A stretch of 64,000 bases of DNA, taken from the human T2T-CHM13v2.0 reference genome, Homo sapiens. The notes below the pieces were generated by a model. That model was not told the origin of the DNA. It saw only the letters and a program-made list of their open reading frames with translations, and ran no database searches. This document shows positions 41,254 to 61,029 of this stretch, piece by piece (position 1 is the stretch's first letter; every line of letters starts with the position of its first letter). Location: assembly GCF_009914755.1 (NCBI RefSeq), contig NC_060925.1; one strand, given 5' to 3'. The translations under genes and the position numbers were made by a program.

Positions 41254-41349
41254 TTTAGTGGTGATCTTCTATTTTTTGTTTACACTCTTGCTCTTCCTCT
41301 CTCTCTCTCTTTCATGTATCTATATCTATCTCTTTTTCTCTGTCTCTCT

Positions 41350-43145
41350 CTATATGCATTCCATTTTTTTAACACTTCCTTAATGTCTAGTGATATATTT
41401 TCTCCTGCTGCAGTTCTGGAATCAGCCACTTCACATGAGCCCTGGCTCCTTTTGCTGGTGCCTGGTATTTAAAAACAAAGATCCAGGCACCAGCTGTGTT
41501 CATTGCTAGAGTGGCACTGCCTCTATCCCCTCTCAGTGAAGAAAGCTGGGACACACCTGTAGCTAAACTAACTCATGCATACACACACAACTATATCTGC
41601 ATCTATGTATTGACATATATACTTTAAAATATGAGTCCATATTAAGACCTCTGACCACAATTCAGCACTGCAGAGTTCATTTTAGCGCTTCTCCTTTTTT
41701 ATTTGTAACTTCCTTCTTCAGTAGTGAGAAACCTGTCTTTATTATTTATCACATCTTTACTAATCTGTTCAACTCTAGTGTACAACTGAAGGAGTTTCAG
41801 AATTCTTAACCAAAACTCCTGTGAGAAACAAATTTATCAACTAGGATACAGTGTTTGTGTACTGTTCCTTTTTCCCCTTAGCCTTACAGTATCCAGTCAA
41901 AACAGCATTTTTCCAGAGTTAATTACATCAGTTTCTTCCTCCTGCAGCCGCCTTAAGTATGATCATGTGGTTCATTTGTAATACAATTTCTTCACATTCT
42001 GGTAAATTTTAAAAATTAATGTGTAATAAAATTCACTTTTTGTGGTGTTCAGGTCTGTTGGTTTAGACAAATGCATAGAGTTGTATATCCACTGCAACAC
42101 TTCAAACAATTTTTTAAAAATCTCTTTGTTTTTTATATAAAGATGAAGTTTCACTTTGTTGCTCAGGCTGGAGTACAGTCGTGCAATCATAGTTTACTGT
42201 AGCCTCAGACTCCGGGGTTCAAGCAATCCTCCTGTCTCAGCCTCCTGAGTAGCTGCAGACTACAGGTGTGTGCCATCATGCCCGGCTCAAACAAAGCAAT
42301 TCTATCACCCCAAAATTTCTCCTTTGCTATTCTTTTATAGATTACCTCTTGCTTCCATCCCCCAACCCCAGCAACCACTGATTGCCTTGGGATAATTCTT
42401 CCTTTTTTAAAGAGTATCATATAAAATTGAATCATATAATATGGAGTTTTTCTGGTCTTGCTACTTAGTTCACTAGCAGAATGCATTTAAGATTCATCTT
42501 TGTTATGTAAATCAATAGTGTGTCTATAAAGTCTAGTATAGCTGTATTAACAGTTTGCTTTTCCATTCACTAGTTGAAGGACATTGGGAATACTTTAAAG
42601 TTTTGTCAACTATGAATAAAGCTGCTATAAATCATTGTGTAAGACTTTGCGGGAACATAGATTTTTATTTCTCTTGGTTATATAGTTAGGTTTGGTATTG
42701 CTTTTCTATAGATCCTTTGAGATTTTCTATATAAACAGTCATGTTGTCTGTGAATCGAGAATTTTATTTTTTCATGTTCTTATCTGTATGATTTTATTTT
42801 TATTGTCTTGTTGCATTGACAAGAAATTTTAATACAATGTAAAATAGGAGTTTGGAGAGAAGATTTCCATCCCTCATTCCCAAACTTAATAGAAAATTTT
42901 CAGTCTCACCATTAAGTATGATGTGAACTCTAACTTTTTAAAATTGTATTTTGTAGATGTCTTCATCAGATTAGGAAGTTCCCTTCTATGCCTAGGTTGC
43001 TACAGAATTTTGTTTCTTTTACCAGGAATGTTAAATTTTGTCAAGTGATGTTTTGGCATCTGTTGAAATGGTCATTTATTTTCTTCTTCAATAGTCTGTT
43101 AGCATGGTGAGTTAATTGATTGATTTTTTGAAAGTTAAAGCAGGA
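41350..43145 (-). mobile_element. Old L1M fragments with an Alu monomer (~42120-42288)
   Basis: L1 antisense motifs ccattcactagttgaaggacattggg...ttcagtctcaccattaagtatgatg. Confidence 0.7.
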
Positions 43146-43299
43146 TAGTTTAAATTTACTGTTTTTACTTTCTTACTTCCCATTCTCCTCTCAACAGATG
43201 GCTGTCTATCATCCATAGCTCTCATGTCACATAGCTCTCTTGCTAAGCTAATGCTCTTCATTTTGTATAATGTTTTCAATCTTTATTTTACATGATGTC

Positions 43300-44160
43300 T
43301 ATTAAACATGGCCACCTTCTAGAAATATACTTTCCTGGTTTTCTTTTTTTGTTTTATGGTCACTGCCCCCAATTTCCCTTGTCTTCCTAGAGATGTGTAC
43401 CCCCTTGGATTTCATTTTCTTGCTTTGTCTATATATCTATTTATCTGTCTATTTTCTCTGCAAGTCTATGTTTCCAATAATCATATACACTTAGGTGACT
43501 GCCAAATATAAGTCTCCAATCTAGAACTGTCTCTGGTGAGATCTATGTCCAACACATTTACCTGCATATTATTTTGTCATCAATGTGTATTACCAAATTG
43601 ACCATGTTGCTCTGCCTCAATTCTTCAAAGCCCCTTACTACTTTTAGCCTAAAAGTTACTAACCTATGAACTCTAAGCCCTACTTAACCTTTCAGATTTA
43701 TGTCTTGTTTCTTCCCTAGCTATACTGTTAGCTTAATTATACGGAATATTATCTGTTTCCAGATCAAATCACATTATGCTATGTCATGACTCTGAGCCTT
43801 TGTACATATTGTTTTCTGTCTGTGTAATGCTCCTCCCTCTTTAAATTTCTTCTCATTTTTCAAAGTTTAGTCTATTTCACCCTTTGTGAGGCCTCATATC
43901 TACACCTCTCTGCACTGTTCAATGTCAGGCCACTGATGATTTACTTATCTGTGCTTTCATATCATCTATTCACAACTCACACTATTATGCTGTAATGTCA
44001 TAATTGGTTTACATGTTTGTTTTTTTTTTTCCACACCCTTCTCCCTATACATACATCTCAGCTACTGGATTTTGATAGCAAGGACTAGATACTGATCCTT
44101 TGGCACCTATAAAGGCCCTGATACATAGCTGGCAATAAATCCACATTTGTTGAATGAATA
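43300..44160 (+). mobile_element. L2 remnant
   Basis: gactgccaaatataagtctccaatctaga...ctgagcctttgtacatattgttt..., ending catttgttgaatgaata. Confidence 0.65.
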
Positions 44161-45164
44161 GTCTTAGACAATCTTGAGTCCTAAAAATTTCACCACTATA
44201 GGTTTAAATAAGACCTTTGTATGGTAAATTTTTGGCAGAATATAACCAGCAAACTAAGGTGGGAGGTTCTGGCTGTATGCTGAAAAAGAGAGAAAACATC
44301 AGTGACGAGGTGGAGTGTTGAGGGCTAAGTCCAACCTTAAGAAACATCACATAAATCTGGGTCAGATGAGGGCTTTGTAGGAATTGAATATCACCATGCA
44401 AAAATTTTTCAGATAAAGAGGGCACCGGAAATGTGATGGGGCTCTGCCAATGGAGAACAGCATAGAAGATGTCAACAGTATATATACGTCAATTTAAAAT
44501 GACTGTTACTCAGCTAATGGCTTCCTATATCGTATGCCTCTATGACAAATTTGTGGAGGCTACAAGTATGAAATGACTCACCTCCTAAGGATGAAGTACC
44601 ATTTCTAATGAACCCTTGATGACTGATCATCGTAAAATCGATGCTGCATGACAATCCAACTTCCTTCTTGCAAAGGTTTTGGAGGGTCATTTCTTAAACT
44701 TTACCCCTTATGCCGAAAGAAAGTTAAACTTTTGGTTTAACTTTTAAAATCTATGTTTTTAAAAAAAATACGATTTAAATACAGAAGCCACTTTGGAAAG
44801 CATTTGCTTAATTAAATTAGGCTGTAGGCCAAAGACAAAATAAGGGTCAAAGATCTCAGACTGGAAAAGCAGCAGAGCATGAATCAGCATCTTATTTATA
44901 ATCACACTTGAAAATCAAGGTCATTTTTGTTCTGGTAGTATGAAGGAAGCTCTGGGTTTCAATAAGAACTGTAGTAGAAACCTCTTAACTGTCCTCCACT
45001 TAATCTACTTTCTGGAGTAACTGACGCTTTGTGTTCCCTGTCTAAAATGTAATGACTGGGGCCACTGACATGCTGAAGCTTGTGACTATGCCCCAAAACC
45101 AGGGTTAGCAACTATGGCCCATGAAGAAAATCTAGCACACTGCCTGTTTGGCTATTATTTCATT

Positions 45165-48880
<3,716 letters not shown>

Positions 48881-49079
48881 TCTAAGGACACTGCACCAAA
48901 ATAGCAGAGTTGAATTCTTGTGTCAGAGACATTCTTGCTCTCAAAGCCAAAAGTATTTATATATGAACATTAACAGAAAGTTTGCCAATACTTCCCCTAG
49001 AAGATTTCCACTTTATGAAATGTATGAGGCAGTTGTGTTGTTCCTAATCCTTAATATCACTTGTGTTTGCTATTGGAGG

Positions 49080-49420
49080 CATGCTAAGTTAAGTAAACAT
49101 TTAAGAAACTGATGATACATGAGTGCAACAACAAAAACTGATATTAATTATTTGAACAAAATGAGTAGTGATTTAGAAAAATACAACATAAGCAATTGCC
49201 TAAAATATTGATATTAAATTAGGTATAAAATCATGTTAAAAAGCTACGATTTTAAGATTCCTTTACAACTTTCTCCTATTTTCACTCCATACCATAGATA
49301 GAAGCTGAAAATTGTAAACAATACATTATAGATGTAATTTGTTGGCACACACAAGAATAATGTGGAATTGAATTAGTAGAACTATAGTCAAGGAACAACC
49401 TTTGGCCTGTGATTATCGAT
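49080..49420 (+). mobile_element. Possible ancient Tigger (Tigger13-like) fragment
   Basis: Weak resemblance to a recalled consensus (gctgaaaattgtaaacaatacattatagatg...caaggaacaacctttggcct). Confidence 0.35.
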
Positions 49421-49842
49421 TGCCTGGGTCAATGTTTAACATCAAAATATCGTTGGTTTAGGCATTAGGCGAAGTTCATTGAGCACTAATAAGATAATAA
49501 AATTATCCACGGAATTACCTGTGCTCAAGAATAAAATTTGAAGGTGATTAATCTGCATTGAATGTTAAAATATGAACAAATGAGAGGTTCTTCGCTTCCT
49601 AAATAATAAAACAAAAATCAGAGCAGAATAAAAAAAGTGTAAATTATAAATCATAGTAGCCACTGGAAGCAATGCTGAACTCACAAGTTATAGATTTGTT
49701 TTTTTTCTTGTTTTGTATTGTTATTGTTTTCAGAAAAATCACTAAATCTTAAGGCTTTTAAAACTTTTTATTGTTCATCTTTACCAATTTTCTGTCCTTA
49801 CAAAAACAAGGATGAATTGAGTCTAGATTATTCAAAGATAAT

Positions 49843-50211
49843 TGTATCAGTCCTGTTTTCACACTGCTATAAGGAACTGCCTGAGACTGGAAAGGAAAGA
49901 GATTTAATTGACTCATAGTCCAGCATGGCTGGGGAGGCCTCAGGAAACTGACAATCATTGGTGGAAGGGGAAGGGAAAGCAGCACCTGCTTCACAAGGCA
50001 GCAGGAAGGAGAAGTGCCAAGCAAACGGGGAATAGCCCCTTATAAAATCAACAGATTTTGTGAGAAGTCATCACTATCATGAGAACATCATGGGAGAAAC
50101 CACCCCCATGATCTAATTACCTCGACCCTGTCTCTCCCTTGACATGTGGGGATCATGGAAGTTATAAGTCAAGATGACATTTGGGTGGGTACACAAAGCC
50201 CAACTTACACA
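49843..50211 (-). mobile_element. THE1/MSTA solo LTR
   Basis: tgtatcagtcctgttttcacactgctataaggaactgcctgagactgg...atttgggtgggtacacaaagcc. Confidence 0.9.
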
Positions 50212-51081
50212 AGTCTATGTGTAAGTCATAGACTTAAACATTGTGTAAAACACTTGAAGAAAAAATAATTTCAATAAAAAGTTATTTCTAATTAGCACTT
50301 TCTTTTTTTTACCCGTGAAGAACTAAAAAAAGTTATTTATTTATCATAAAATATAGCTGTTGATTTAGCTAGTTCAAGAAGCCCTGGAAATGTTGAAAAA
50401 GATGATGTAAGTAAGAATGTCTGAGGTCTATAATTTTTAAATTAGAAGAAAATTTTACAGACTTATTGAAAAGTCATCAAGATACAACAATTTGTTTACT
50501 TTTGTTACCTTAATGGAGAATGAAATTCAAATAAATTTGTTAAATCTTATGGAAAACTTGGGCTGAGGTTGAAAACTACAGAAAATTCTGCACTATAAAG
50601 AGATAATCAATAATGTAATGTTACTCATCTCACATAAACTGGAAGTTCCATTTACAGAAATATGGCACACAATAATGGATTGGTGGTAATACTTTTTTTT
50701 CTAAAATTAAGAATGAAGTTGGAATCATGTAGTTTGTGATAGAAACAAATCAAAGTATGGAAAGTAATAATAAGAAGAGGAAGTAAAAAGAGGATGAGGA
50801 GAGACCAAATAAGGTAAAAGATTTATAAATTAGGAGCTGGAGACAGTCCAGATATCACTTTATTTTAAATTGAACAAGAACACAAAGCAAGTCAATAATA
50901 TTCATTTTATAAATGGAGATATTATGTTGGAAAAACTGAATTTAATTCATAAGCAGCTTTACTGAAATCTTAATATATGGAAACAATAGCCAAAATCACC
51001 ACTTTAAGGTATATAAGTATGTAAAGTATAACTTTAAATAAATCAATTAGTTACTAGTATCATTTAAGAATTTGAAAACTA

Positions 51082-51407
<326 letters not shown>

Positions 51408-52464
51408 CTATTTTCAGTAAAATGCAAGGAATACTAACTATAAAATGATAGAACCTTACACTGAGTAGGGACTTTGTAAGTTACCTAAATCAATCTACTA
51501 TATAGTAGTGTCAATACAATCCCATTTAAGTGCTGGCTCATGAGACTGCATCATACTTTATGAAGGACTTTCCAGAGGGGAAAGAACCACCGGGACTAGC
51601 CCCAGCCCAAAGGACTGAAGGAGAACAAGAAGTCAAATTCTGGGAATGCAAATGTTAATATCAAATACAAAGACAGGGACCATTCTGAATGGGAGCTGGA
51701 GCCAGGAGTGAGAAACCCAGCATATTTGGAGCAGAAAAGGAAGGCTGTCTTGCATTGGATCAAAGAGGCTTTGTGACGTTGGTTCACATTTGTTACTCTC
51801 TGGGCACGTCGGCATCTCTGGGTGTTCTGGGCTGGCTTAAGGAATCTCAAATCAGAGTAGACAAATGTAGTGGTTTCCTTCATTACGTCTCTAAAAATCA
51901 TGCAGCCTCTGCTTTCACACTTCCAGTAACAAAATCACAACTTTTTCTCCTTTGTGAGGAAGGTGTTTGTTACATTGACCCCAAATTCTCACTTTGACAC
52001 TCCTTTTACCTGTGAAGAACTAAAAAAAAAAAGTTATTTATTTACCATAAAATATAGCTGTTGATTCAGCTAGATTGGGAATCCCTGGAAATATTGACAA
52101 AGATGATATAAGTGTAAATGTCTATCAGATAGACATGTCTATCTGAAAGAGGGATACAAAATAAGAACACTTTTAAGTATTAAATATTAACATATAATAT
52201 TTAACATTAAATATTAACTGTTCTCTGGATTTTTCATTTATCAGGTTAAATATCTTGATTCTTTTTCAGTAATCCCTAAAATGAAATCTGTACTCATATT
52301 TTATGTTTGTATAAATACTCTTTGCCTATACTTCAGTTTCTCTATATATTATAAAGAAATGAAAATCATAGAGTTGTACCTTTTCAGAGGAAGTAGAATT
52401 ATTACTTACAATAAATTATAGCACATGTTATTAGGAGTCAGGCAACAAAACTGTCTCAGATTGA

Positions 52465-52750
<286 letters not shown>

Positions 52751-55700
52751 CATAATCATCTTTTGCATTAGGCCCTATTCACACACTGCCACTGCTCAGG
52801 AAGCTAAGTTTCTCTCATCCTGTATATATGCTGCTGAACATTTGAGCATATTGACTTCACTTGAGTCAATATGTAAAAAGCCCTTAGGAATATTAGTTTG
52901 TCAAATCCTATTAAAATTCAGAATTTTGATGTGCCTGTCAAGAAAGTTAATATGATGAAAATAATTGAGGACATTTTTTCTAGATAAATAAAGAGGATAA
53001 TTTGTCTTCAAATATTGAAAGATGAGTCAGATGAAGAGGAATTAAATGTTTAATTTTCCTTAGCATCAGAGGATAAACGTGATAGTAGGATATTTGGTTT
53101 TAATAACGTATCATGTTCTCTTACCCTCTTTGTACATTTGAACAGTTCATGTCCTCTCTGAGCTTTATTTTTCTGGTTTGCAAAACAGAAACTGAAAAAG
53201 ATTAATGCCTCAAAGCATTGATGAAATAATGTACTTGAAATTGTTTAACATAATGTAAGCGTGCTTATTGGGCGTCACGTGGCTTCTCTAAGCGTGTCTT
53301 TCTCATCTGCCAAATACTTGTTCCTTCATTCATGCATTTATCTAATACCTTTCACCTTGCTGAACAATGCTCCCTGTCTCTTCAAATCACAGAGACCACC
53401 ATTTCCTCCTGTGTTTTCTTCCTTCATGCAGTAGCCTGGAACAACGGCAGAAATCATAGCTCCTGCTATGATTTTTTCCTGGGTTACTAGTTTCTAAGGG
53501 TCGAGAGTAATTCTGTCAACTTTTAATCCTTCATGGGCAAAAGTGGAAGTCTCTGGTATTCTTTATTGACGTATATATGTGTAAATGTATGTTTAATGTA
53601 TTTATTAATAATTCCTTACCAAACGTGGCAGTGTGCTGGCATATTTGATGGAATGTGAATAAGATACAATTTTTTTTCCAAAAATCTTAAAATCCTAGGA
53701 AGAGAAAACCAAAACAGGCAAACACACTAATAAGTATAATATGATGCATTATATACCAACTGGCCTATGTCACATGTAAAATTATTTGCAAAAAGAGTGC
53801 CATAGTGTCACTGGATTGAAGATCTTGGAGAAGCCTTCAGAAGGAGGTGATATATTTGATACAGATCTTGACACACGAAAAGCATTTTAACTGATGGAGA
53901 AGAAATGGAAAGCTTTCCATTAAGCCTTCCCCAATCCCTTCAGTCAGAATTTGCTACTCACTCTGTTGTATTTTGTTTTCAGATTTATTGTGTCAATTAT
54001 CTGTGATTATAGTGTAAGTGTGTAGGTGGATAACTTTATCACCTCTATAATAGCAGCCTCCTTCAAAGCAGGAGCTAGAGTGAAAGTGATTCATCTTTAC
54101 ATCACTCTCCTTCAAATTAGAGTGTAAAGTCCTCTTAATCTAGTAATGCATCTTCTGCCTTTTTGCCAAATGCAACAAATCTGAGAAAATAATATTTATG
54201 AAATGAGACCGAAACTGGGTGTTAAATTGAACTGGGGAGAAAGGCTTAGGGAAGGATTGATAACATAAAATGTCACTAAATTGCAGGTCAAATCTCATTA
54301 TAATATGCTTGAAGGGAATTGGCCAAATTTTCTGTATTGTATTGTATTTTGTCATATTAAGAACTACTTGAAATAAGTAGATCAGTGATAGATTTTTGGT
54401 ATTTTTTTCCTAACCAAGGATGTTTAATGTTGTGGTATTTGTTTGAACTGGTTTGATCTGCACAAAACTTGGTTATTTATGTGAGATATTTTCTATAAAA
54501 ACAGACATATGCTTGTAATGACATGAGAAGGTTTGAAAATGAGGTAGGAGTTCCCTCTAGCATCCTTGAGGGAATTTGGAGGAGGAGTAATCAGGAAAAA
54601 CATACACACAACTATAGCCTTCAGTTTGTCTAAACTTTGAAGTTCAGGAAAAATGTAACATAAATAAATTTAAAATGGGGGAATTACAGATTAGAGTCCT
54701 AATAGAGCAGGAAAGTTATGTATTAGGCTTAAAATTGTAACTCACCAAACATTGCAATCAGTAAATATTTAGAAATTAGTGCATTTTATCTAATTAAAAA
54801 AATGACGCATACAGTTTTGAACAACAGTCAATAATGTCATTAATATAGGGGTATTATAATTTTGTTTTAGTGAGAGAAGCTGTAGTAGGTTGAATAATGG
54901 CTACATTAAAATATCAAGTCTTAATTTCTGGAAAGTGTAAAAATTCCCCATTTTTAATTTTTTATATTACATTTTTAAACATTTTACATTTATAAACATT
55001 TTTATACATTTTACTTTTATAAAACTCCCATTCTGAGTTTTATAAATTGAAGATAATGTGAACAATTACACTCAAAATATTAAGATAAAATTTTAAACAA
55101 CACTATGTAACATAAACATCAGTAATATTATAGGCTTTTATTATGAAGCTTTTGATATAGAGAGTCATTTATTGTATCATGAGTGTGTGGTTTTCAGTAT
55201 GAGATTAGATGAACTGAAGTTTAGATTGGGGAAGCTAAATGGCCTATAGATCTGATATGAAAATCTTCAATGAGAAGCCTACCTTGGCCTTTCAAGGGCA
55301 TATTCTTGAAAAGTTCTGTATATGTTTAATATTATCAATCAAATCATGTTTCAATTGTCTCATGGTTAAATCTGGGGTAAAATGTCAAATATATTGACTA
55401 TTTAATTTTCACTAACTATATTGTCATTTGAAATTTTATATAAAAATGTTAGGCATAAATAGGAACATAGATATTTGCAAAGTTTCGATCTAAGTTTATG
55501 AGAATGTTAGTCTATCAAAATGGTACCATTTTAATTAGCAGTTCAATAAACACCTGTAAGTTACGAAATGGCTGTCAATGAATTTGCTTTCTATGAAATA
55601 TTTTATCAGAAATCACTTTTGTTCCATAGTCCAGGATTAGTTTGATATCCAGCTGTGCATAGTTTAACGGGTTCAAAAGGGACCTGAAGTCCTAGGGCTG

Positions 55701-57854
55701 ATAATGCACAGGCTGGTCTTCATAGAGAGGAGATGGTTGATGTGAAGAATAATGGTGCTGCTACTGTGTTAACTTTGTATACTTTGCATGGGATAGATTG
55801 TTTTAATCTTTTAACTGATACAGGTGTTTGTTTTATTATTATTTTCCCCTTTTTCAAATTTTATTTTAGGTTCAGGGTGTACATGTGAAGGTTTGTTAAG
55901 TGGGTAAACTGCAGGTAGCTGGGGTTTGGTGTACAAATGATTTTGTCACGCAGGTAAGTAAGCATAGTACTTACAGGTAGTTTTTTGACTCTCACACTCC
56001 TCCCAGCCTCCATGCCCAAGTAGCCCATAGTGTCTGTTGTTCCCGTTTGTGTATATGTGTACTCAATGTTTAATTACCACTTCTAAGTGAGAACATACAA
56101 TATTTGTTTTCTGTTTGGCATAAATTTGCATAGGATAATGGCCTTCAGTTGCATACACGTTGCTGCAAAAACCGTGATTTCATTCTTTTTTATGACTATA
56201 TGCACCACATTTTTTAATCCGGTCCACCAGTGATGGGCATCTAGTTTGATTTCATGTCTTGGCTCTTGTGACTAGTGCTGTGATGAACATATGAGTGTGT
56301 GTATATTTTTGGTAGAACAACGTATATTTCTTTGCAGCCCAGTAATGGGATTGCTGGATCAAATGGTAGTTCTGTGTTAAGTTCTTTGAGAAATCCCCAA
56401 GCTGCTTTCCACAATGGCTGAACTAATTTACACTCCCTCCAGCAGTGCCTAAGAGTTCCTTTTTTTGTACAACCTCACCAGCATCTGTTTTCTTTTGTGG
56501 TTTGTTTTTGTTTTTGTTTTGGCCCTTTGATAATAGCCATTGTGACTTGTGTGAGAGGATAGCTCATTGTGGCTTTGATTTGCATTTCTCTAATGATTAG
56601 TGATGCTGAGCATTTTTAAATTTGTTTTTTTGACCATGTGTATGTCTTCTTTGTAGAAGTGTCTATTCAAGTCCTTTGCTCATATTTTTTCAGAGGTTGT
56701 CTGATTTTGCTTGTTAAGTTTCTTATATATTCTGAACGTTAAACCTTTGTTGGATGCAAAGTTTGCAAATATTTTCTCTCATTCTATAAGTTTTCTGTTT
56801 ACTCTTTGATAGTTTCTTTTGCTGTGCAGAAGCTGGCTGGTTTAATTATGTCCCATTTGTCTATTTTTGTTTTAGTTGCAATTGCTTTTGAAGACTTCAT
56901 CATTAAATCTTTGCTGAGGCCTATATCCAGAATGATAGTTGTTAGGTTTTCTTCTAGGGCTTCTATAATTTTAGGTTTTTGATTTAAGTCTTTAATCCAT
57001 CTCTAGTTGATTTTTGTATATGATGAAAGGAAGGAGTCTGGTTTCAATCGGCTGCATATGGCTTCCCAGTTATCCCAGCACCATTTATTGAACAACGAAT
57101 CCTTTCCCCATTGCTTGTTATTGTTGACTTTGTCAGAGATCAGATGGTTGTAGGGATGTAGCTATATTTCTGGGTTCTTTAACCTGTTCCATTGGTCTAT
57201 ATGTCTGTTTTTGTAATAGTACCATGCTATTTCGGTTACTGTAGGCTTATAGAATAGTTTGAATATGGGTAGTGTGATGCTTCTGGCATTGTTCTTTTTG
57301 CTTAGGATTTCTTTGACTATTTGGGCTCTTAGTTGGTTCCATATAAATTTTAGAATAGTTTTTTCTAATTCTGTGAAAAATGTCATTGGTAGTTTGATAG
57401 GAATACTATTAAATCTATAAATTGCTCTCGGCAGTATGGCCATTTCAACAATATTGATCCTCCCTCAAGAGCATGGAAAGTTTGCCATTTGCTTGTGTCA
57501 TCTCTTATTTCTTCAGCAGTGTTTTGTAATTCTCACTGTAGAAATTTCTTACCTCTCTGCTTAGCTATATTCCTATTTTATTCTTTTTGTGGCTGTTGTG
57601 AATGGGATTGTGTTCTTGATTTTTTCTCAGCTTGGATGTTATTGATGTATAGAAATGCTACTAATTTTTGCACATTGATTTTTGTACCCTGAAACTTTAC
57701 TGAAATTGTTTCTCAGTTCTAGGAGCCTTTTGGCAGAGACTCCAGGGTTTTCTAGCTATAGAATCATAATGTCTGTAAAGAGAGGTAGTTTGACCTCCTC
57801 TCTTTCTATTTGGATGCCTTTTTAAAATTTATCTTGCCAGGTTGCTGCAGCTAG

Positions 57855-58710
57855 TGAGAGGTGGAGCCAGCTGGGCGTCTGGGTCAGGTGGGGACTTGGA
57901 GAACTTTTCTGTCTAGCTAGAGGATTGTAAACACATGAATCAGTGCTTTGTGTCTAGCTAAAGGATTGTAAATGCACCAATCAGCACTTTGTAAAAACGC
58001 ACCAATCAGTACTCTGTAAAATGGACCAATCAGTACTCTGTAAAATGGGCCAATCAGCACTCTGTAAAATGGACTAATCAGCACTCTGTAAAATGGACCA
58101 ATCAGCAGGACGTGGGCAGGGAACAAATAAGGGAATAAAAGCTGGCCACCCCCGACAGCCAGCAGCAATCACTCGGGTCTTCTTCTGCACTGTGGAAGCG
58201 TTGTTCCTTGGCTCTTCACGAAAAATCTTGCTGGTGCTCACTCTTTGGGTCCACACTACCTTTATGAGCTGTAATACGTTACCTGTATGAGCTGTAATGC
58301 TCACCGCGAGGGTCTGAGGCTTCATTCCTGAAGTCAGCAACACCACGAACTCACCAGGAGGAACAAACAACTCTGGACATGCCACTTTGAAGAGCGATAA
58401 CACTCCCTGTGAAGGTCTGCAGCTTCACACCTGAAGTCAGCAACACCACAAACCCACCGGGAGGAACAAACAACTCTGGACGTGCCACCTTTAAGAGCTG
58501 TAACAGTTACTGCAAAGGTCTGCCACTTCACTCCTGAAGGCAGCAAAATCACGAACCCACCTGAAGGAAGAAACTCCAGGCACATCTGAAGGAACAGACT
58601 CCGGACACACCATCTTTAAGAACTGTTAACACTCACCGCGAGGATCCACGGCTTCATTCTTGAAGTCAGCGAGACCAAGAACCCACCGGAAGGAACCAAT
58701 TCCGGACACA
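57855..58710 (+). mobile_element. LTR12 (ERV9) solo LTR
   Basis: tgagaggtg...ccggacaca with a perfect 4-bp TSD ctag, a tandem CCAAT array and tandem U5 repeats. Confidence 0.95.
57935..58140 (+). promoter_or_regulatory. LTR12 U3 CCAAT (NF-Y-type) array with a TATA-like AATAAAA
   Basis: Five intact ccaatcag units, mostly at 24-bp spacing, plus two mutated units. gggaataaaa at 58131-58140. Confidence 0.7.
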
Positions 58711-58790
58711 CTAGGACTTTCAGTACTATGTTGAATAGAAGTGAGAGTGGGCATCGTTGTCTTGTTCCAGTTAGTTTTTTTAAGTAACTA

Positions 58791-59633
<843 letters not shown>

Positions 59634-59697
59634 TAATTAAAATTTTCTTCTTATGTTAGATTTGATATGGTAGAGTATTTGTTTTTTACATTGAATG

Positions 59698-60075
59698 TGT
59701 ATTAGTGTGCTAGAGCTGGTATAACAAATGCCACAGACTGGATGGCTTTAACAACAACCAAAAATTACTTTCTCAAAATTTTGTATGCTAGAAGTCCAAG
59801 ATAAAGATGTCATAAAAAATTAGTTTCTTCTGAGGCCTTCTTCTTTGGCACATAGATGGCCAGCTTCCTAGTGTCTTCACATCACCTTCCCTGTGTATGT
59901 GTCTGTATCCTAATCTCCTCTTCTTATAAGAACACAAGTCAAATTGGTTTAGGGTTCAGTGTAATGACCTCATTTAACCTTGATTTTATCGTTAAAGTCC
60001 TTTTCTCCAAGTATTATCACATGCTGAGGAGGATTAGAACTTTAGTGTGTAAATTTTGGGCAAACACAAACCACG
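59698..60075 (-). mobile_element. MLT1B-like LTR
   Basis: tgtattagtgtgctagagctggtataacaaatgccacagactgg...tcctaatctcctcttcttataag. Confidence 0.85.
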
Positions 60076-61029
60076 CAGATAGTTACCTTCGGATAAGAAA
60101 CATTTGTATTTATGTACTGTAAGAGTACACAGATCTACTATACAAATGTAATTAATCATGTAAAAAGGGTACATAGATATATGGTTCTTTCTATCACATG
60201 GAAAAACACACTAGAAAGATAGTAGAATTTACTATATATTTTCCCTCCCTTTATTGTATAGGTTATGGAAATGCCCAATTTTATAAAAGACAACAATATT
60301 CTTCCATGATGTGTACTATAAAGAATATGTAAATCTTCATTCACCACAAGATATGAACCAGTGTCTCTTCAGATCAAATTATCCTTGGAATTCATAGTGT
60401 ACTCTATGATCAATGGGAGTTTCAACTGTGCTTCTCCCAGACTGTATTAACATGAACAATGATACCATTTAAAGTCTGTCGCCATTTTCAGGTGGTGTAT
60501 TATCAGTGTTTCAAAAAGAGCAAGTTGGGGCAATATTTCATGAGCCATATGCTGTGAGATACTAATACATGCTACATGAAAAATAGTTTCTGTTGCCAAG
60601 TAATTTTGGAAATTCTTCGTTAAAGATGTTTCCATGTGAAAGCATTTCTTATAGTTTAAAATGTTCTAAAGTGAAATAATATGGTGGAATATAACATGGA
60701 ACATACCTGAAACTTATTTTATCATAGAAAATTTTGTGGAATAAGCATCTCAGAACACGTATTTTGAATCAGGAAGGATAGGAAGTCTTTCTGTTACTAA
60801 ATACGATCCCTCCCTCTTTAAAAACTTTCTGGGTATTCATCTTTTATTTATTTTACTTATTGTATGATGCCTTTTATTATTAGCATCTATGCAGGCAAAA
60901 TGATTTTGTAATTGACCCAAAGCCAAACAGCCACTAAAACACACAAGCAAAATTTGAATACAAGGTTAGTGTTTTATTTTGTTTTAACTTTAAAACCCTC
61001 ACTCTTTTCAGTCTACTATTAATCTGGGC

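Larger units (their letters stand above)
55848..58772 (-). mobile_element. L1PA15/16-like 3' portion interrupted by LTR12
   Basis: ORF 57162-57443 ([36 protein letters not shown]...RHIDQWNR) is L1 ORF2. 3' UTR ttcagggtgtacatgtg... Confidence 0.93.

Noticed and set aside
44576-44680. Possible minus-strand exon ending in gag|gtgagt
   Set aside because: The donor is good but the acceptor is weak and there is no coding signal. It cannot be supported from sequence alone.
52847-52873. 10-bp stem hairpin catattgact...agtcaatatg
   Set aside because: It is short and isolated, and expected occasionally by chance.
57917-58168. Repetitive peptide (LIGPFYRV)n and regularly spaced repeats that superficially resemble CRISPR
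   Set aside because: This is the 24-bp CCAAT tandem array of LTR12. There are no unique spacers and the context is eukaryotic.
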